Origin: Escherichia coli
GTDB lineage: Bacteria; Pseudomonadota; Gammaproteobacteria; Enterobacterales; Enterobacteriaceae
Direction: 5' to 3' (one strand)
DNA length: 64,000 nucleotides
NCBI RefSeq assembly: GCF_003018115.1
Contig: NZ_CP027457.1
Positions 15,677 to 33,921 of this stretch are shown here, piece after piece (position 1 is the first letter of the stretch; the number at the start of each line of letters is the position of its first letter). The notes beneath the pieces were generated by a model, which did not search any database, had not been told where the DNA came from, and was given only the letters and a program-made list of their open reading frames with translations. A program made the translations under genes and the position numbers.

Positions 15677-18031
15677 CTATTTTGCAGTCACAACCTGCAT
15701 GCCAGACGGTTCATTTTGCAGCGCCAGAGTCAGAACTTCCTCAATGCGCTTCACAGGATGAATGTCCAGATCGGCAATTACGTTGTCAGGAATCTCTTCC
15801 AGATCGCGTTTATTTTCGAACGGAATTAACACTGTTTTAATCCCGCCGCGATGCGCTGCCAGTAGTTTTTCTTTCAAACCACCGATCGGCAGTACCTGAC
15901 CACGCAGAGTGATCTCACCGGTCATTGCCACATCGGCACGAACCGGGTTACCGGTCAGGCAAGAAACCAGCGCGGTGCACATAGCAATACCAGCACTCGG
16001 ACCATCTTTCGGCGTCGCACCTTCCGGTACGTGGACGTGGATGTCGCGTTTTTCGTAGAAATCAGGGTTGATCCCCAGTTTTTCCGCACGCGCACGAACC
16101 ACCGTTAACGCCGCCTGAATGGACTCCTGCATCACTTCACCGAGCGAACCGGTATAGGTCAGTTTGCCTTTCCCCGGAACGCACGCGGTTTCAATGGTCA
16201 GCAAGTCACCGCCCACTTCCGTCCACGCCAGACCGGTTACCTGACCGACACGGTTTTCGTTATCCGCGCGTCCATAGTCAAAACGCTGAACACCGAGATA
16301 GTCATGCAGGTTATCGCCGTTAATTTCGATATGTTTTAATGACTTATCGAGCAGTAACTGCTTAACCGCTTTACGGCACAGTTTGGAGATTTCACGCTCC
16401 AGACCACGCACGCCCGCCTCACGGGTGTAGTAACGAATAATGCCGATAATGGCGCTATCGTCGACGGTCAGCTCACCTTTTTTCAGTGCATTACGTTCAA
16501 TCTGCTTCGGCAGCAGGTGACGTTTGGCGATGTTCAGTTTTTCATCTTCGGTATAACCGGAGAGGCGAATCACTTCCATACGATCCAGCAGCGGTGCCGG
16601 AATGTTCATGGAGTTCGACGTCGCGACAAACATCACGTCGCTGAGATCGTAATCCACTTCCAGGTAGTGGTCGCTGAACGCTACGTTCTGCTCTGGATCG
16701 AGCACTTCAAGCAGTGCAGAGGCCGGATCGCCTCGCATGTCAGAAGACATTTTGTCGATCTCATCGAGCAGGAACAGCGGGTTTTTCACGCCCACTTTCG
16801 CCATTTTCTGGATCAGTTTACCCGGCATAGAACCGATGTAAGTACGGCGGTGACCACGGATTTCCGCTTCATCACGCACGCCGCCCAGCGCCATACGGAC
16901 ATATTTACGCCCAGTGGCTTTGGCGATGGACTGACCCAGGGAGGTTTTACCTACCCCCGGCGGCCCTACCAGGCAGAGGATCGGTCCCTTGATTTTGTTG
17001 ACACGGCTTTGAACCGCAAGATACTCAAGGATTCGATCTTTCACGCGCTCCAGACCATAATGGTCGGTATCAAGGATTTCCTGCGCCTGACGCAGGTCTT
17101 TTTTGACCTTGCTGCGCGCATTCCACGGTACCTGTACCATCCAGTCGATATAACCACGCACTACGGTCGCTTCTGCCGACATCGGAGACATCATTTTCAG
17201 CTTCTGCAACTCTGCTTCCGCTTTCTCTTTTGCCTCTTTCGGCATCTTCGCCGCGTCGATTTTGCGCTTCAGGGCTTCGTTTTCGTCCGGCGCGTCGTCC
17301 ATTTCACCGAGTTCTTTCTGAATAGCTTTCATTTGCTCGTTCAGATAGTACTCACGCTGGGATTTCTCCATCTGCTTTTTAACGCGGTTGCGAATGCGTT
17401 TCTCAACCTGCAGCAGATCGATTTCCGATTCCATCATTGCCATCAGATATTCCAGACGTTCGTTAACGTCGGACATCTCCAGAACGGACTGTTTGTCAGC
17501 CAGTTTCAGCGGCATATGTGCAGCAATGGTATCCGCCAGACGCGCCGGATCGTCGATGCTATTCAGCGACGTCAGCACTTCTGGTGGGATTTTTTTGTTC
17601 AGCTTGATGTAGCCTTCGAACTGGCTGATTGCAGTACGCACCAGCACTTCCTGTTCTCGCTCATCAATGGTCGGCGACTCCAGATACTCCGCCTTCGCAG
17701 AAAAGTGTTCGCCATTGTCAGAGAGCGCAGAAATACGCGCGCGCTGTAACCCCTCGACCAGCACTTTGACGGTGCCGTCAGGCAGCTTCAGCATCTGCAA
17801 TATAGAGGCCACGGTCCCGACGGTGAAAAGATCGTTTACACCCGGCTCATCCGTTGAAGCTTCTTTCTGCGCGACCAGCATAATTTTTTTATCATGGTCC
17901 ATCGCCGCTTCCAGACAACGGATAGATTTTTCCCGCCCGACAAATAAGGGGATGACCATGTGCGGATAAACCACCACATCGCGCAGCGGCAATACGGGGA
18001 TTTCAATGCGTTCAGAACGCTCAGGATTCAT
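15677..18031 (-). CDS. lon: ATP-dependent protease Lon
   Basis: 784-aa protein from internal Met [26 protein letters not shown]...; Walker [10 protein letters not shown]; catalytic Ser motif PKDGPSAG. Confidence 0.97.
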   Translation of the reverse strand: MNPERSERIEIPVLPLRDVVVYPHMVIPLFVGREKSIRCLEAAMDHDKKIMLVAQKEASTDEPGVNDLFTVGTVASILQMLKLPDGTVKVLVEGLQRARISALSDNGEHFSAKAEYLESPTIDEREQEVLVRTAISQFEGYIKLNKKIPPEVLTSLNSIDDPARLADTIAAHMPLKLADKQSVLEMSDVNERLEYLMAMMESEIDLLQVEKRIRNRVKKQMEKSQREYYLNEQMKAIQKELGEMDDAPDENEALKRKIDAAKMPKEAKEKAEAELQKLKMMSPMSAEATVVRGYIDWMVQVPWNARSKVKKDLRQAQEILDTDHYGLERVKDRILEYLAVQSRVNKIKGPILCLVGPPGVGKTSLGQSIAKATGRKYVRMALGGVRDEAEIRGHRRTYIGSMPGKLIQKMAKVGVKNPLFLLDEIDKMSSDMRGDPASALLEVLDPEQNVAFSDHYLEVDYDLSDVMFVATSNSMNIPAPLLDRMEVIRLSGYTEDEKLNIAKRHLLPKQIERNALKKGELTVDDSAIIGIIRYYTREAGVRGLEREISKLCRKAVKQLLLDKSLKHIEINGDNLHDYLGVQRFDYGRADNENRVGQVTGLAWTEVGGDLLTIETACVPGKGKLTYTGSLGEVMQESIQAALTVVRARAEKLGINPDFYEKRDIHVHVPEGATPKDGPSAGIAMCTALVSCLTGNPVRADVAMTGEITLRGQVLPIGGLKEKLLAAHRGGIKTVLIPFENKRDLEEIPDNVIADLDIHPVKRIEEVLTLALQNEPSGMQVVTAK

Positions 18032-18111
18032 AGAGCTCTCTCTTAGTTTAATTTCCGCCAGGTAATCAGATGACACGACTGTGCTTCACGCCATCTATTA
18101 ACATGTACGTC

Positions 18112-18146
18112 AGTATATGGGGATGTTTCCCCCACATTCAACGCCG
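18112..18146 (-). promoter_or_regulatory. sigma-32 heat-shock promoter of lon
   Basis: Reverse complement contains TTGAAT...CCCCATAT; the -10 CCCCATAT matches the sigma-32 consensus CCCCATnT. Confidence 0.55.
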
Positions 18147-18218
18147 AGAATAGAGGAAAAATTAAAGGGGAGATAAAATCCCCCCTTTTTGGTTAACTAA
18201 TTGTATGGGAATGGTTAA

Positions 18219-19493
18219 TTATTCACCAGATGCCTGTTGCGCTTCCGGCTTGCCATAAATCAGCAACGGTTTGCTTTGACCATCAATTACCGACTCGTCG
18301 ATAACCACTTTTTCGACATCTTCCATGGACGGCAGATCGTACATGGTATCGAGCAGTGCGGCTTCTACGATGGAACGCAGGCCACGGGCACCGGTTTTAC
18401 GCGCCATCGCTTTCTTAGCGATAGCATCCAGCGCCTCGTCACGGAATTCCAGATCCACGCCTTCCAGATTAAACAGCGCCTGATACTGCTTGGTCAGGGC
18501 GTTTTTCGGCTCTTTGAGGATCTGAATCAGAGCTTCTTCGCTCAGTTCATTCAACGTTGCGACAACCGGCAGACGACCAATGAACTCAGGGATCAGACCA
18601 AACTTGATCAGATCTTCCGGTTCAACCTGCGCCAGCAGCTCGCCTTCGCTTGCTTTGTCGGACTTCGCTTTTACCGTCGCGCCAAAACCAATGCCGGAGC
18701 CGGTTTCTACACGATGGGAAATCACTTTATCCAGACCGGCAAACGCACCGCCACAAATAAACAGGATCTTAGAGGTATCAACCTGCAAGAATTCCTGCTG
18801 CGGATGTTTACGCCCACCTTGCGGTGGAACAGCAGCTACCGTACCTTCGATCAGTTTCAACAGTGCCTGCTGTACGCCTTCACCGGAAACGTCACGGGTA
18901 ATAGACGGGTTGTCTGACTTACGAGAAATCTTGTCGATTTCATCGATGTAGACAATCCCGCGCTGCGCTTTCTGTACGTCGTAATCGCACTTTTGCAACA
19001 GCTTCTGAATGATGTTTTCAACGTCTTCGCCCACATAACCGGCTTCGGTCAGCGTGGTTGCGTCGGCCATGGTGAACGGGACGTCCAGCAGGCGCGCCAG
19101 CGTTTCAGCCAGCAGCGTTTTACCGGAACCAGTCGGACCGATCAGCAGAATGTTACTTTTGCCCAACTCGACACCATTGCTGGTATCGCCGTTGCGCAGA
19201 CGTTTGTAATGGTTGTATACCGCGACCGCCAGCACTTTTTTCGCCTGTTCCTGGCCGATAACGTAATCGTCCAGGTGGTTACGAATTTCATGCGGCGTCG
19301 GTAGCGCACTGCGTTCACGATGCGGTGCAACTTCTTTAATCTCTTCGCGAATGATGTCGTTACATAAATCAACACATTCGTCGCAGATATACACGGATGG
19401 ACCGGCAATCAGCTTGCGCACTTCATGCTGGCTTTTGCCGCAAAAAGAGCAATACAGCAATTTGCCTGAGCCATCTTTGCGTTTATCTGTCAT
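18219..19493 (-). CDS. clpX: ATP-dependent Clp protease ATPase subunit ClpX
   Basis: 424-aa ORF with N-terminal zinc-binding CSFCGK...CDEC and Walker A GPTGSGKT. Confidence 0.97.
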
Positions 19494-19618
19494 GGGTCAA
19501 AACCTCTTCTTTGTACTTTGTGCCGCACACGACGACGCAAATGCCATTCTCAGGCGCAAGCCGCTTACAGCGTTGTGCCGCCCTGGATAAGTATAGCGGC
19601 ACAGTTGCGCCTCTGGCA

Positions 19619-20242
19619 TCAATTACGATGGGTCAGAATCGAATCGACCAGACCGTATTCCACCGCTTCAGGGGCGGAAAGGAAGCGATCGCGCTCGGTA
19701 TCACGTTCAATCTGTTCTAATGATTGACCCGTATGAAGCGCCATAAGTTCATTCATACGCCCTTTAACTTTCAGAATTTCACGGGCATGAATTTCGATAT
19801 CGGTCGCCTGGCCCTGGTAGCCGCCCAACGGTTGGTGAATCATCACGCGCGAATTCGGCAGGCAAAAACGTTTACCTTTTGCCCCTGCGGTCAGCAAGAA
19901 AGCGCCCATCGAGGCCGCCTGGCCCATACAGATGGTGCTGACATCAGGCTTGATAAACTGCATGGTGTCATAGATAGACATCCCGGCAGTAATCACCCCG
20001 CCTGGAGAGTTAATGTACAGATAGATATCTTTTTCTGGGTTTTCTGCTTCCAGGAACAGCATCTGCGCCACAATCAGGTTAGCCATGTGGTCTTCAACCT
20101 GGCCAGTTAGAAAAATGACGCGTTCCTTAAGTAGACGAGAATAGATATCAAAAGAGCGCTCACCTCGTGAGGTCTGTTCAATGACCATCGGCACCAGCGC
20201 CATATGGGGTGCAAAGTTATCTCGTTCGCCGCTGTATGACAT
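19619..20242 (-). CDS. clpP: ATP-dependent Clp protease proteolytic subunit ClpP
   Basis: 207-aa ORF; active-site region GQAASMGA. Confidence 0.97.
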   Translation of the reverse strand: MSYSGERDNFAPHMALVPMVIEQTSRGERSFDIYSRLLKERVIFLTGQVEDHMANLIVAQMLFLEAENPEKDIYLYINSPGGVITAGMSIYDTMQFIKPDVSTICMGQAASMGAFLLTAGAKGKRFCLPNSRVMIHQPLGGYQGQATDIEIHAREILKVKGRMNELMALHTGQSLEQIERDTERDRFLSAPEAVEYGLVDSILTHRN

Positions 20243-20315
20243 TTCCGTCTCCTGGATAAAATTGAAAAAACCTGCTGTACCGATTGTAACCTTATGGACG
20301 GATTATCAGCTAGTC

Positions 20316-20350
20316 CCTGTGTTATGGGTACGGCATCACCATATTTCAAG
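20316..20350 (-). promoter_or_regulatory. candidate sigma-32 promoter of clpPX
   Basis: Reverse complement reads CTTGAAA-N15-CCCATAAC, resembling the sigma-32 -35/-10 consensus; placed from the motif only. Confidence 0.4.
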
Positions 20351-20421
20351 CATAACAATCTTTTGTTGTTACGCTAACACCGAAAGAGGCTTTTCGCACG
20401 GTTCCATGCAAAATTCATGAC

Positions 20422-20453
20422 AAAAAAAAGCCCACCACCTGGCGGTGACGGGC
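20422..20453 (-). terminator. rho-independent terminator of tig
   Basis: Minus-strand RNA: 10-bp stem gcccgucacc/gguggugggc with 4-nt loop, followed by a U8 run. Confidence 0.75.
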
Positions 20454-20487
20454 CTTTGTGCGAATTTAGCGCGTTATGCTGCGTAAA

Positions 20488-21795
<1,308 letters not shown>

Positions 21796-22129
21796 TCAAA
21801 AAATCACAGTGCTCGGTCAACTCTTACCCCGCAAGCACAGGTTGTTGGCTTCGCGGAACCGGGATGTTCTTATAATCAATCACATTCCCTGTTACCAGAA
21901 TCATCCCGAAAGCATTCAAATAGGACGCGGCATTATAGCGGCATCACTTTTATGAGTCGAGAACGGTTATTGCGCGCTGTCGCGTATTTTTTCACAATTC
22001 CCGGGCAATTTTCGTCTGAATGCTGGGCAAAAAGCGCAAAATCCAGACAAAACAAAACGGCCCGCAGGCCGTTTTTCATAAAATCTTTAGCAACATACTG
22101 GAAAAGCGCCGACAGTTGCAAATGCGTTT

Positions 22130-22447
22130 TTACGCGATGCTTCCTGCTCCACGACAGGGAGGAGAGGCAAAGACGGTGTCCTGCAACCCTTCCCACTCCT
22201 TAATAGTGTAAGTATGCAGAGCCAGCGCATGAACGGTAGTAGAGAGTTCCTCCGCTAAAGTACTGTAAATCATTCGATGACGATTCAGAAAACGTTCACC
22301 CGTAAAACGATCGCTGACCAGCACAACTTTAAAATGGCTTTCAGAGCCGGCTGGGACATTGTGACGATAGCTTTCATCCACTACTTCGAGGAATACGGGT
22401 TGGAACGCCGCCCTTAATTTTTCTTCTATCCGCTCACGTATCATCAT
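22130..22447 (-). CDS. bolA: stress/morphogene transcriptional regulator BolA
   Basis: 105-aa protein from internal Met [32 protein letters not shown]... Confidence 0.9.
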
Positions 22448-22751
22448 GAAATATCTCCTCCGACAACGCTGAGATGTCATCCATCCCTTTAAATACTAGC
22501 CGCTTTTACCGTTTCCATTGCAGCTTAACAACAAATATTTAGGTTTCGTCCTGGTTTTTCCGTCAAGCGTATGAAGTTTACTGATTTAAAGATTGAAACA
22601 CAGGCCTCGCATCAGCGTTTCTTTTACCAGGGGCGATTATTTCGTCAACATGATGAATTTACATGCCTTACCTACTTCCCCTCGCCGTTGGCAATGTTAT
22701 GATGGCGGGAATTTTTACCAAACACGCTTAAGAGTCTCTGAGAGCCCGAAC

Positions 22752-23330
22752 ATGTTCAAAAAAATCCTCTTCCCGTTAGTTGCTCTGTTTATGCTTGCAG
22801 GATGCGCAAAACCGCCAACAACTATTGAAGTTTCCCCGACGATTACACTGCCACAGCAGGATCCAAGCCTGATGGGCGTCACCGTAAGCATTAATGGTGC
22901 CGATCAGCGTACCGATCAGGCGCTGGCAAAAGTCACCCGCGATAATCAAATCGTTACCCTGACCGCCTCCCGCGATCTGCGTTTCCTGCTGCAAGAAGTG
23001 CTGGAAAAACAGATGACCGCGCGTGGTTACATGGTTGGTCCGAATGGCCCGGTTAATCTGCAAATCATCGTTAGCCAACTGTATGCTGACGTGTCCCAGG
23101 GCAACGTGCGCTACAACATCGCTACCAAAGCGGATATCGCCATCATCGCTACCGCGCAGAATGGCAACAAAATGACCAAAAACTATCGTGCCAGCTACAA
23201 CGTTGAAGGTGCGTTCCAGGCCTCCAACAAAAATATCGCCGATGCGGTTAACAGTGTGCTGACCGATACCATCGCTGATATGTCTCAGGACACCAGCATT
23301 CACGAATTCATCAAGCAGAACGCGCGTTAA
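22752..23330 (+). CDS. yajG: lipoprotein YajG
   Basis: 192-aa protein from internal Met MFKKILFPLVALFMLAGCAKP (lipobox LAGC); upstream of ampG. Confidence 0.9.
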   Translation: MFKKILFPLVALFMLAGCAKPPTTIEVSPTITLPQQDPSLMGVTVSINGADQRTDQALAKVTRDNQIVTLTASRDLRFLLQEVLEKQMTARGYMVGPNGPVNLQIIVSQLYADVSQGNVRYNIATKADIAIIATAQNGNKMTKNYRASYNVEGAFQASNKNIADAVNSVLTDTIADMSQDTSIHEFIKQNAR

Positions 23331-23373
23331 TTTCTGCCCTCTGGCCCGGTGCAAGCCGGGCCTGTAGACGCCC

Positions 23374-24849
23374 ATGTCCAGTCAATATTTACGTATTTTT
23401 CAACAGCCGCGTTCAGCCATATTGCTGATCCTGGGTTTTGCTTCCGGGCTACCGCTCGCCCTGACATCCGGCACCTTACAGGCCTGGATGACGGTCGAGA
23501 ATATTGATCTCAAAACCATTGGTTTCTTCTCTCTGGTAGGCCAGGCTTACGTTTTTAAATTCCTCTGGTCACCGCTGATGGACCGCTACACGCCCCCATT
23601 TTTTGGGCGGCGGCGCGGTTGGCTGCTCGCCACGCAAATCCTGTTATTAGTCGCCATTGCGGCGATGGGTTTTCTCGAACCTGGCACCCAACTCCGCTGG
23701 ATGGCGGCACTGGCGGTGGTGATCGCTTTTTGCTCGGCCTCCCAGGATATTGTCTTCGATGCGTGGAAAACCGATGTGCTCCCGGCAGAAGAACGTGGTG
23801 CGGGCGCGGCAATCAGCGTGCTGGGTTACCGTTTAGGGATGCTGGTTTCCGGCGGCTTAGCCCTGTGGCTGGCAGATAAATGGCTGGGCTGGCAGGGCAT
23901 GTACTGGTTGATGGCGGCGCTGTTGATCCCTTGTATTATCGCGACGTTGCTTGCACCAGAACCGACCGACACCATTCCTGTGCCAAAAACGCTGGAACAA
24001 GCGGTTGTTGCACCTCTGCGAGATTTCTTTGGCCGAAATAATGCGTGGCTGATTCTGCTGTTAATCGTTCTGTACAAGCTGGGCGATGCTTTCGCCATGA
24101 GCCTGACAACCACCTTTTTGATTCGCGGCGTCGGATTTGATGCCGGCGAAGTGGGTGTAGTTAACAAAACGCTCGGTCTGCTGGCGACCATCGTCGGCGC
24201 ATTGTTCGGCGGAATTTTGATGCAGCGCCTGTCATTGTTCCGTGCGCTCATGATTTTCGGTATTTTACAAGGCGCGTCCAACGCAGGTTACTGGCTGCTT
24301 TCCGTGACTGATAAGCATCTCTACAGCATGGGCGCGGCCGTCTTTTTCGAAAACCTGTGTGGTGGGATGGGTACATCGGCGTTTGTAGCGCTGTTAATGA
24401 CTTTGTGTAATAAGTCATTTTCCGCCACCCAGTTTGCTCTACTCTCGGCGCTTTCTGCTGTAGGACGGGTTTATGTAGGACCAGTAGCTGGTTGGTTTGT
24501 GGAAGCTCACGGCTGGCCGACGTTCTATCTGTTCTCTGTTGCCGCCGCCATACCAGGACTTATTCTGCTGCTGGTCTGCAGACAGACGCTGGAGTACACG
24601 CGGGTCAATGACAATTTTATCCCACGTACCGAGTATCCATCAGGTTATGCCTTCGCCATGTGGACCCTTGCGGCGGGCTTCGGTCTTTTGGCCGTATGGC
24701 TATTGCTGTTAACGATGGATGCCCTGGATTTGACCCACTTCTCCTTCCTGTCTGCTCTACTGGAAGTCGGCGTTTTAGTCGCCCTGTGCGGTGTCGTGCT
24801 TGGTGGTTTACTGGATTACCTGGCGCTACGAAAAACGCATCTGACGTAA
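23374..24849 (+). CDS. ampG: muropeptide (anhydromuropeptide) permease AmpG
   Basis: 491-aa MFS-type multi-TM ORF; synteny. Confidence 0.95.
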   Translation: MSSQYLRIFQQPRSAILLILGFASGLPLALTSGTLQAWMTVENIDLKTIGFFSLVGQAYVFKFLWSPLMDRYTPPFFGRRRGWLLATQILLLVAIAAMGFLEPGTQLRWMAALAVVIAFCSASQDIVFDAWKTDVLPAEERGAGAAISVLGYRLGMLVSGGLALWLADKWLGWQGMYWLMAALLIPCIIATLLAPEPTDTIPVPKTLEQAVVAPLRDFFGRNNAWLILLLIVLYKLGDAFAMSLTTTFLIRGVGFDAGEVGVVNKTLGLLATIVGALFGGILMQRLSLFRALMIFGILQGASNAGYWLLSVTDKHLYSMGAAVFFENLCGGMGTSAFVALLMTLCNKSFSATQFALLSALSAVGRVYVGPVAGWFVEAHGWPTFYLFSVAAAIPGLILLLVCRQTLEYTRVNDNFIPRTEYPSGYAFAMWTLAAGFGLLAVWLLLLTMDALDLTHFSFLSALLEVGVLVALCGVVLGGLLDYLALRKTHLT

Positions 24850-25308
24850 ACTGTGAATATTATTTAGCTGTAGTAATCACCCGGCGTAATTATTACGGCT
24901 AAATAAACATCAGCATCGCTTATTAATATTTGTTCTTTTGTGCGGCTTAGCGTTTGGAAATTATTGGCGCCATTTATAAATTCTATTTTTCTTACACGAT
25001 TCAGCTAATGAGTCTTTATTTTCTCACCACCCAGTTGTCACTCCAATGATAATTATTTGTTAAATAATTGTTTTATTTCGCATTGGTTATACCAATTGCC
25101 CGCCCAGACTCCTTCTGCACTCCCCTTTTGTTATAACGCCCTTTTGCAACAGCTTCTTAAAATCAACCTGATATGTTTTGCAACATATGTGACCTGACAG
25201 CCAAATCCAAGTAACAGGAATTTAATCATGTTTACAGTAATGTAACCTTCCCGTAAAATGCCCACACACTTTAAACGCCACCAGATCCCGTGGAATTGAG
25301 GTCGTTAA
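24850..25308 (+). promoter_or_regulatory. cyoABCDE upstream regulatory region
   Basis: 460-bp AT-rich non-coding leader before cyoA; in E. coli this region is known to carry the cyo promoter with multiple regulator sites; individual sites not mapped here. Confidence 0.4.
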
Positions 25309-26256
<948 letters not shown>

Positions 26257-26265
26257 AGGGGTTGA

Positions 26266-29202
<2,937 letters not shown>

Positions 29203-29213
29203 GAGCGGCGGTT

Positions 29214-30104
29214 ATGATGTTTAAGCAATACCTGCAAGTAACGAAACCAGGCATCATCTTTGGCAACCTGATCTCGGTGATTGGGGGATTCCTGCTGGCC
29301 TCAAAGGGCAGCATTGATTATCCCCTGTTTATCTACACGCTGGTTGGGGTGTCACTGGTTGTGGCGTCGGGTTGTGTGTTTAACAACTACATCGACAGGG
29401 ATATCGACAGAAAGATGGAAAGGACGAAGAATCGGGTGCTGGTTAAAGGCCTGATCTCTCCTGCTGTCTCGCTGGTGTACGCCACCTTGCTGGGTATTGC
29501 TGGCTTTATGCTGCTGTGGTTTGGCGCGAATCCGCTGGCCTGCTGGCTGGGGGTGATGGGCTTTGTGGTTTATGTCGGCGTTTATAGCCTGTACATGAAA
29601 CGCCACTCAGTCTACGGCACATTGATTGGTTCGCTCTCCGGCGCTGCGCCGCCGGTGATTGGCTACTGTGCAGTAACCGGCGAGTTCGATAGCGGCGCAG
29701 CGATCCTGCTGGCTATCTTCAGCCTGTGGCAGATGCCTCACTCCTATGCCATCGCCATTTTCCGCTTTAAGGATTACCAGGCGGCAAACATTCCGGTATT
29801 GCCAGTGGTAAAAGGCATTTCGGTGGCGAAGAATCACATCACGCTGTATATCATCGCCTTTGCCGTTGCCACGCTGATGCTCTCTCTTGGCGGTTACGCT
29901 GGGTATAAATATCTGGTGGTCGCCGCGGCGGTTAGCGTCTGGTGGTTAGGTATGGCTCTGCGCGGTTATAAAGTTGCTGATGACAGAATCTGGGCGCGCA
30001 AGCTGTTCGGCTTCTCTATCATCGCCATCACTGCCCTCTCGGTGATGATGTCCGTTGATTTTATGGTGCCGGACTCGCATACGCTGCTGGCTGCTGTGTG
30101 GTAA
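29214..30104 (+). CDS. cyoE: heme O synthase (protoheme IX farnesyltransferase)
   Basis: 296-aa protein from [18 protein letters not shown]...; UbiA-family prenyltransferase. Confidence 0.95.
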
Positions 30105-30120
30105 CAAAACCTCTCTATTA

Positions 30121-30146
30121 AAAAGGTGCTACGGCACCTTTTTTCT
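30121..30146 (+). terminator. rho-independent terminator of the cyo operon
   Basis: aaggtgc-tacg-gcacctt stem-loop followed by tttttt. Confidence 0.65.
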
Positions 30147-30252
30147 TAGCATTAGAAACATATCCCTCTCGAAATATTTACTAAAAAATCCCCATGTTTA
30201 CCCCATTCGTTTGCCGCTTTACACTAGTCGTGAATTTAAAACAGAGGTGGTA

Positions 30253-31617
30253 ATGAACGATTATAAAATGACGCCAGGTGAGCGGCGCGCGACCTGGGGT
30301 TTAGGGACCGTATTCTCGTTGCGCATGCTGGGCATGTTCATGGTTCTGCCGGTTCTGACCACGTACGGCATGGCTCTGCAAGGTGCCAGCGAAGCATTAA
30401 TCGGTATTGCCATTGGTATTTATGGTCTGACTCAGGCCGTTTTTCAGATTCCGTTTGGCCTGCTTTCCGACCGCATTGGTCGCAAACCATTAATTGTCGG
30501 TGGGCTGGCAGTGTTTGCCGCCGGTAGCGTTATCGCTGCGCTTTCTGACTCCATCTGGGGAATTATTCTGGGCCGGGCGCTACAAGGCTCCGGTGCGATT
30601 GCCGCTGCCGTTATGGCGCTGCTTTCCGATCTCACGCGCGAACAAAACCGCACCAAAGCAATGGCGTTTATCGGCGTGAGCTTTGGCATTACCTTCGCCG
30701 TTGCGATGGTGCTTGGCCCGATCATCACTCACAAACTTGGGCTGCACGCGCTGTTCTGGATGATCGCTATTCTGGCAACGACCGGCATTGCGTTGACCAT
30801 TTGGGTTGTGCCCAACAGTAGCACTCACGTACTTAATCGTGAGTCCGGAATGGTGAAAGGCAGTTTCAGTAAAGTGCTGGCGGAACCGCGGCTGCTGAAA
30901 CTCAACTTTGGCATTATGTGTCTGCATATTTTGCTGATGTCGACGTTTGTTGCCCTGCCCGGACAACTGGCTGATGCGGGGTTCCCGGCGGCTGAACACT
31001 GGAAGGTCTATCTGGCGACAATGCTAATCGCCTTTGGCTCGGTCGTGCCTTTCATTATCTACGCTGAAGTTAAGCGCAAAATGAAGCAAGTCTTTGTCTT
31101 CTGCGTCGGGTTGATCGTGGTTGCGGAAATTGTGTTGTGGAACGCGCAAACGCAGTTCTGGCAACTGGTGGTCGGCGTGCAGCTTTTCTTTGTGGCGTTT
31201 AATTTGATGGAAGCCCTCCTGCCCTCACTTATCAGTAAAGAGTCGCCAGCAGGTTACAAAGGTACGGCGATGGGTGTTTACTCCACCAGCCAGTTTCTTG
31301 GCGTGGCGATTGGCGGTTCGCTGGGCGGCTGGATTGACGGCATGTTTGACGGTCAGGGGGTATTTCTCGCTGGCGCAATGCTGGCCGCAGTGTGGCTGGC
31401 AGTCGCCAGTACCATGAAAGAACCGCCGTATGTCAGCAGTTTGCGCATTGAAATCCCGGCGAACATTGCCGCAAACGAGGCGTTAAAAGTGCGTTTGCTA
31501 GAAACTGAAGGCATCAAAGAAGTGTTGATTGCAGAAGAAGAACATTCAGCTTATGTGAAAATCGACAGCAAAGTGACGAATCGCTTTGAGGTTGAACAGG
31601 CAATTCGCCAGGCATAA
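30253..31617 (+). CDS. yajR: MFS transporter YajR
   Basis: 454-aa protein from internal Met MNDYKMTPGERRATWGLGTVFSLRMLGMF...; 12-TM MFS plus C-terminal cytoplasmic domain. Confidence 0.9.
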   Translation: MNDYKMTPGERRATWGLGTVFSLRMLGMFMVLPVLTTYGMALQGASEALIGIAIGIYGLTQAVFQIPFGLLSDRIGRKPLIVGGLAVFAAGSVIAALSDSIWGIILGRALQGSGAIAAAVMALLSDLTREQNRTKAMAFIGVSFGITFAVAMVLGPIITHKLGLHALFWMIAILATTGIALTIWVVPNSSTHVLNRESGMVKGSFSKVLAEPRLLKLNFGIMCLHILLMSTFVALPGQLADAGFPAAEHWKVYLATMLIAFGSVVPFIIYAEVKRKMKQVFVFCVGLIVVAEIVLWNAQTQFWQLVVGVQLFFVAFNLMEALLPSLISKESPAGYKGTAMGVYSTSQFLGVAIGGSLGGWIDGMFDGQGVFLAGAMLAAVWLAVASTMKEPPYVSSLRIEIPANIAANEALKVRLLETEGIKEVLIAEEEHSAYVKIDSKVTNRFEVEQAIRQA

Positions 31618-31627
31618 AAGCGAGGCG

Positions 31628-31725
31628 AAATTGCCTGCTGCGCTACGCTTATCAGGCCTACTAAGTTCCTGATTTACAAACCTTTGTAGGCCGAACCAAG
31701 CGTTCATGCCGCATCTGACATGAAC
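31628..31725. repeat. REP/BIME-type palindromic element between convergent yajR and yajQ
   Basis: Contains gcctgctgcgctacgcttatcaggcctac and an inverted partner gtaggccgaaccaagcgttcatgccgcatctgaca, typical REP unit sequences. Confidence 0.6.
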
Positions 31726-31744
31726 AAAGCGCAGGTTGTCGCGA

Positions 31745-32236
31745 TTAATCGCGGAAGTTTTTGAACTGGAACGGCTGACCCAGATCGCCACCGCGCACCA
31801 TCGCCATGACAGCCTGCAAATCATCACGAGATTTGCCAGTCACGCGGATCTCATCGCCCTGAATTTGCGCCTGCACTTTCAGTTTGCTGTCTTTGATCAT
31901 CTTGACGATTTTTTTCTGAGTGGCGCTCTCAATGCCCTGTTTCAGTTTCGCTTCCACAAACCAGGTTTTACCGCTATGAACGATATTTTCCGGTACATCC
32001 AGTGAACTGCCTTCAATGCCGCGCTTCAGCAGCTTGGCACGCAGAATATCCAGCAACTGATTGACCTGGAAGTCGGACTCGCTCAACACTTTGATGGTTT
32101 TGCTGGCGTCGTTCAGCTCAAATGAGGCTTCAACGTTACGGAAGTCAAAACGGGACTCCACTTCGCGGCTCGCGTTATCGACCGCGTTACGTGCTTCCTG
32201 AAGATCAACTTCAGAGACAATATCGAAAGATGGCAT
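31745..32236 (-). CDS. yajQ: nucleotide-binding protein YajQ
   Basis: 163-aa protein from internal Met [37 protein letters not shown]... Confidence 0.9.
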
Positions 32237-32314
32237 CTTTTCCTCTCCCTTCATTTTTGATGCGAAGCATAATACCTGCAAAGTTAAATAACCAACAGTC
32301 CTGCACCAGGACGT

Positions 32315-32360
32315 ATCCCTTAATTGTGCATAGTCGCAACAGCATGCACAATTAAGGGAT
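32315..32360. promoter_or_regulatory. perfect 17-bp inverted repeat in the divergent yajQ-panE intergenic region
   Basis: atcccttaattgtgcat (32315..32331), 12-bp spacer, atgcacaattaagggat (32344..32360); perfect reverse complements. Confidence 0.4.
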
Positions 32361-32403
32361 AGCCTTATTGAACACCCGGAGTGGTTGCGGGTGAGGAGGA
32401 ACA

Positions 32404-33868
<1,465 letters not shown>

Positions 33869-33921
33869 TGTCGGATGCGGCAAACGTCGCATCTGACCAG
33901 ATGCGACGTAAAAACCACAAA

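Noticed and set aside
16517-17749. 410-aa ORF on the plus strand
   Set aside because: Lies entirely antisense to lon, whose reading frame is unambiguous; His/Arg/Phe-rich low-complexity translation typical of a spurious antisense frame.
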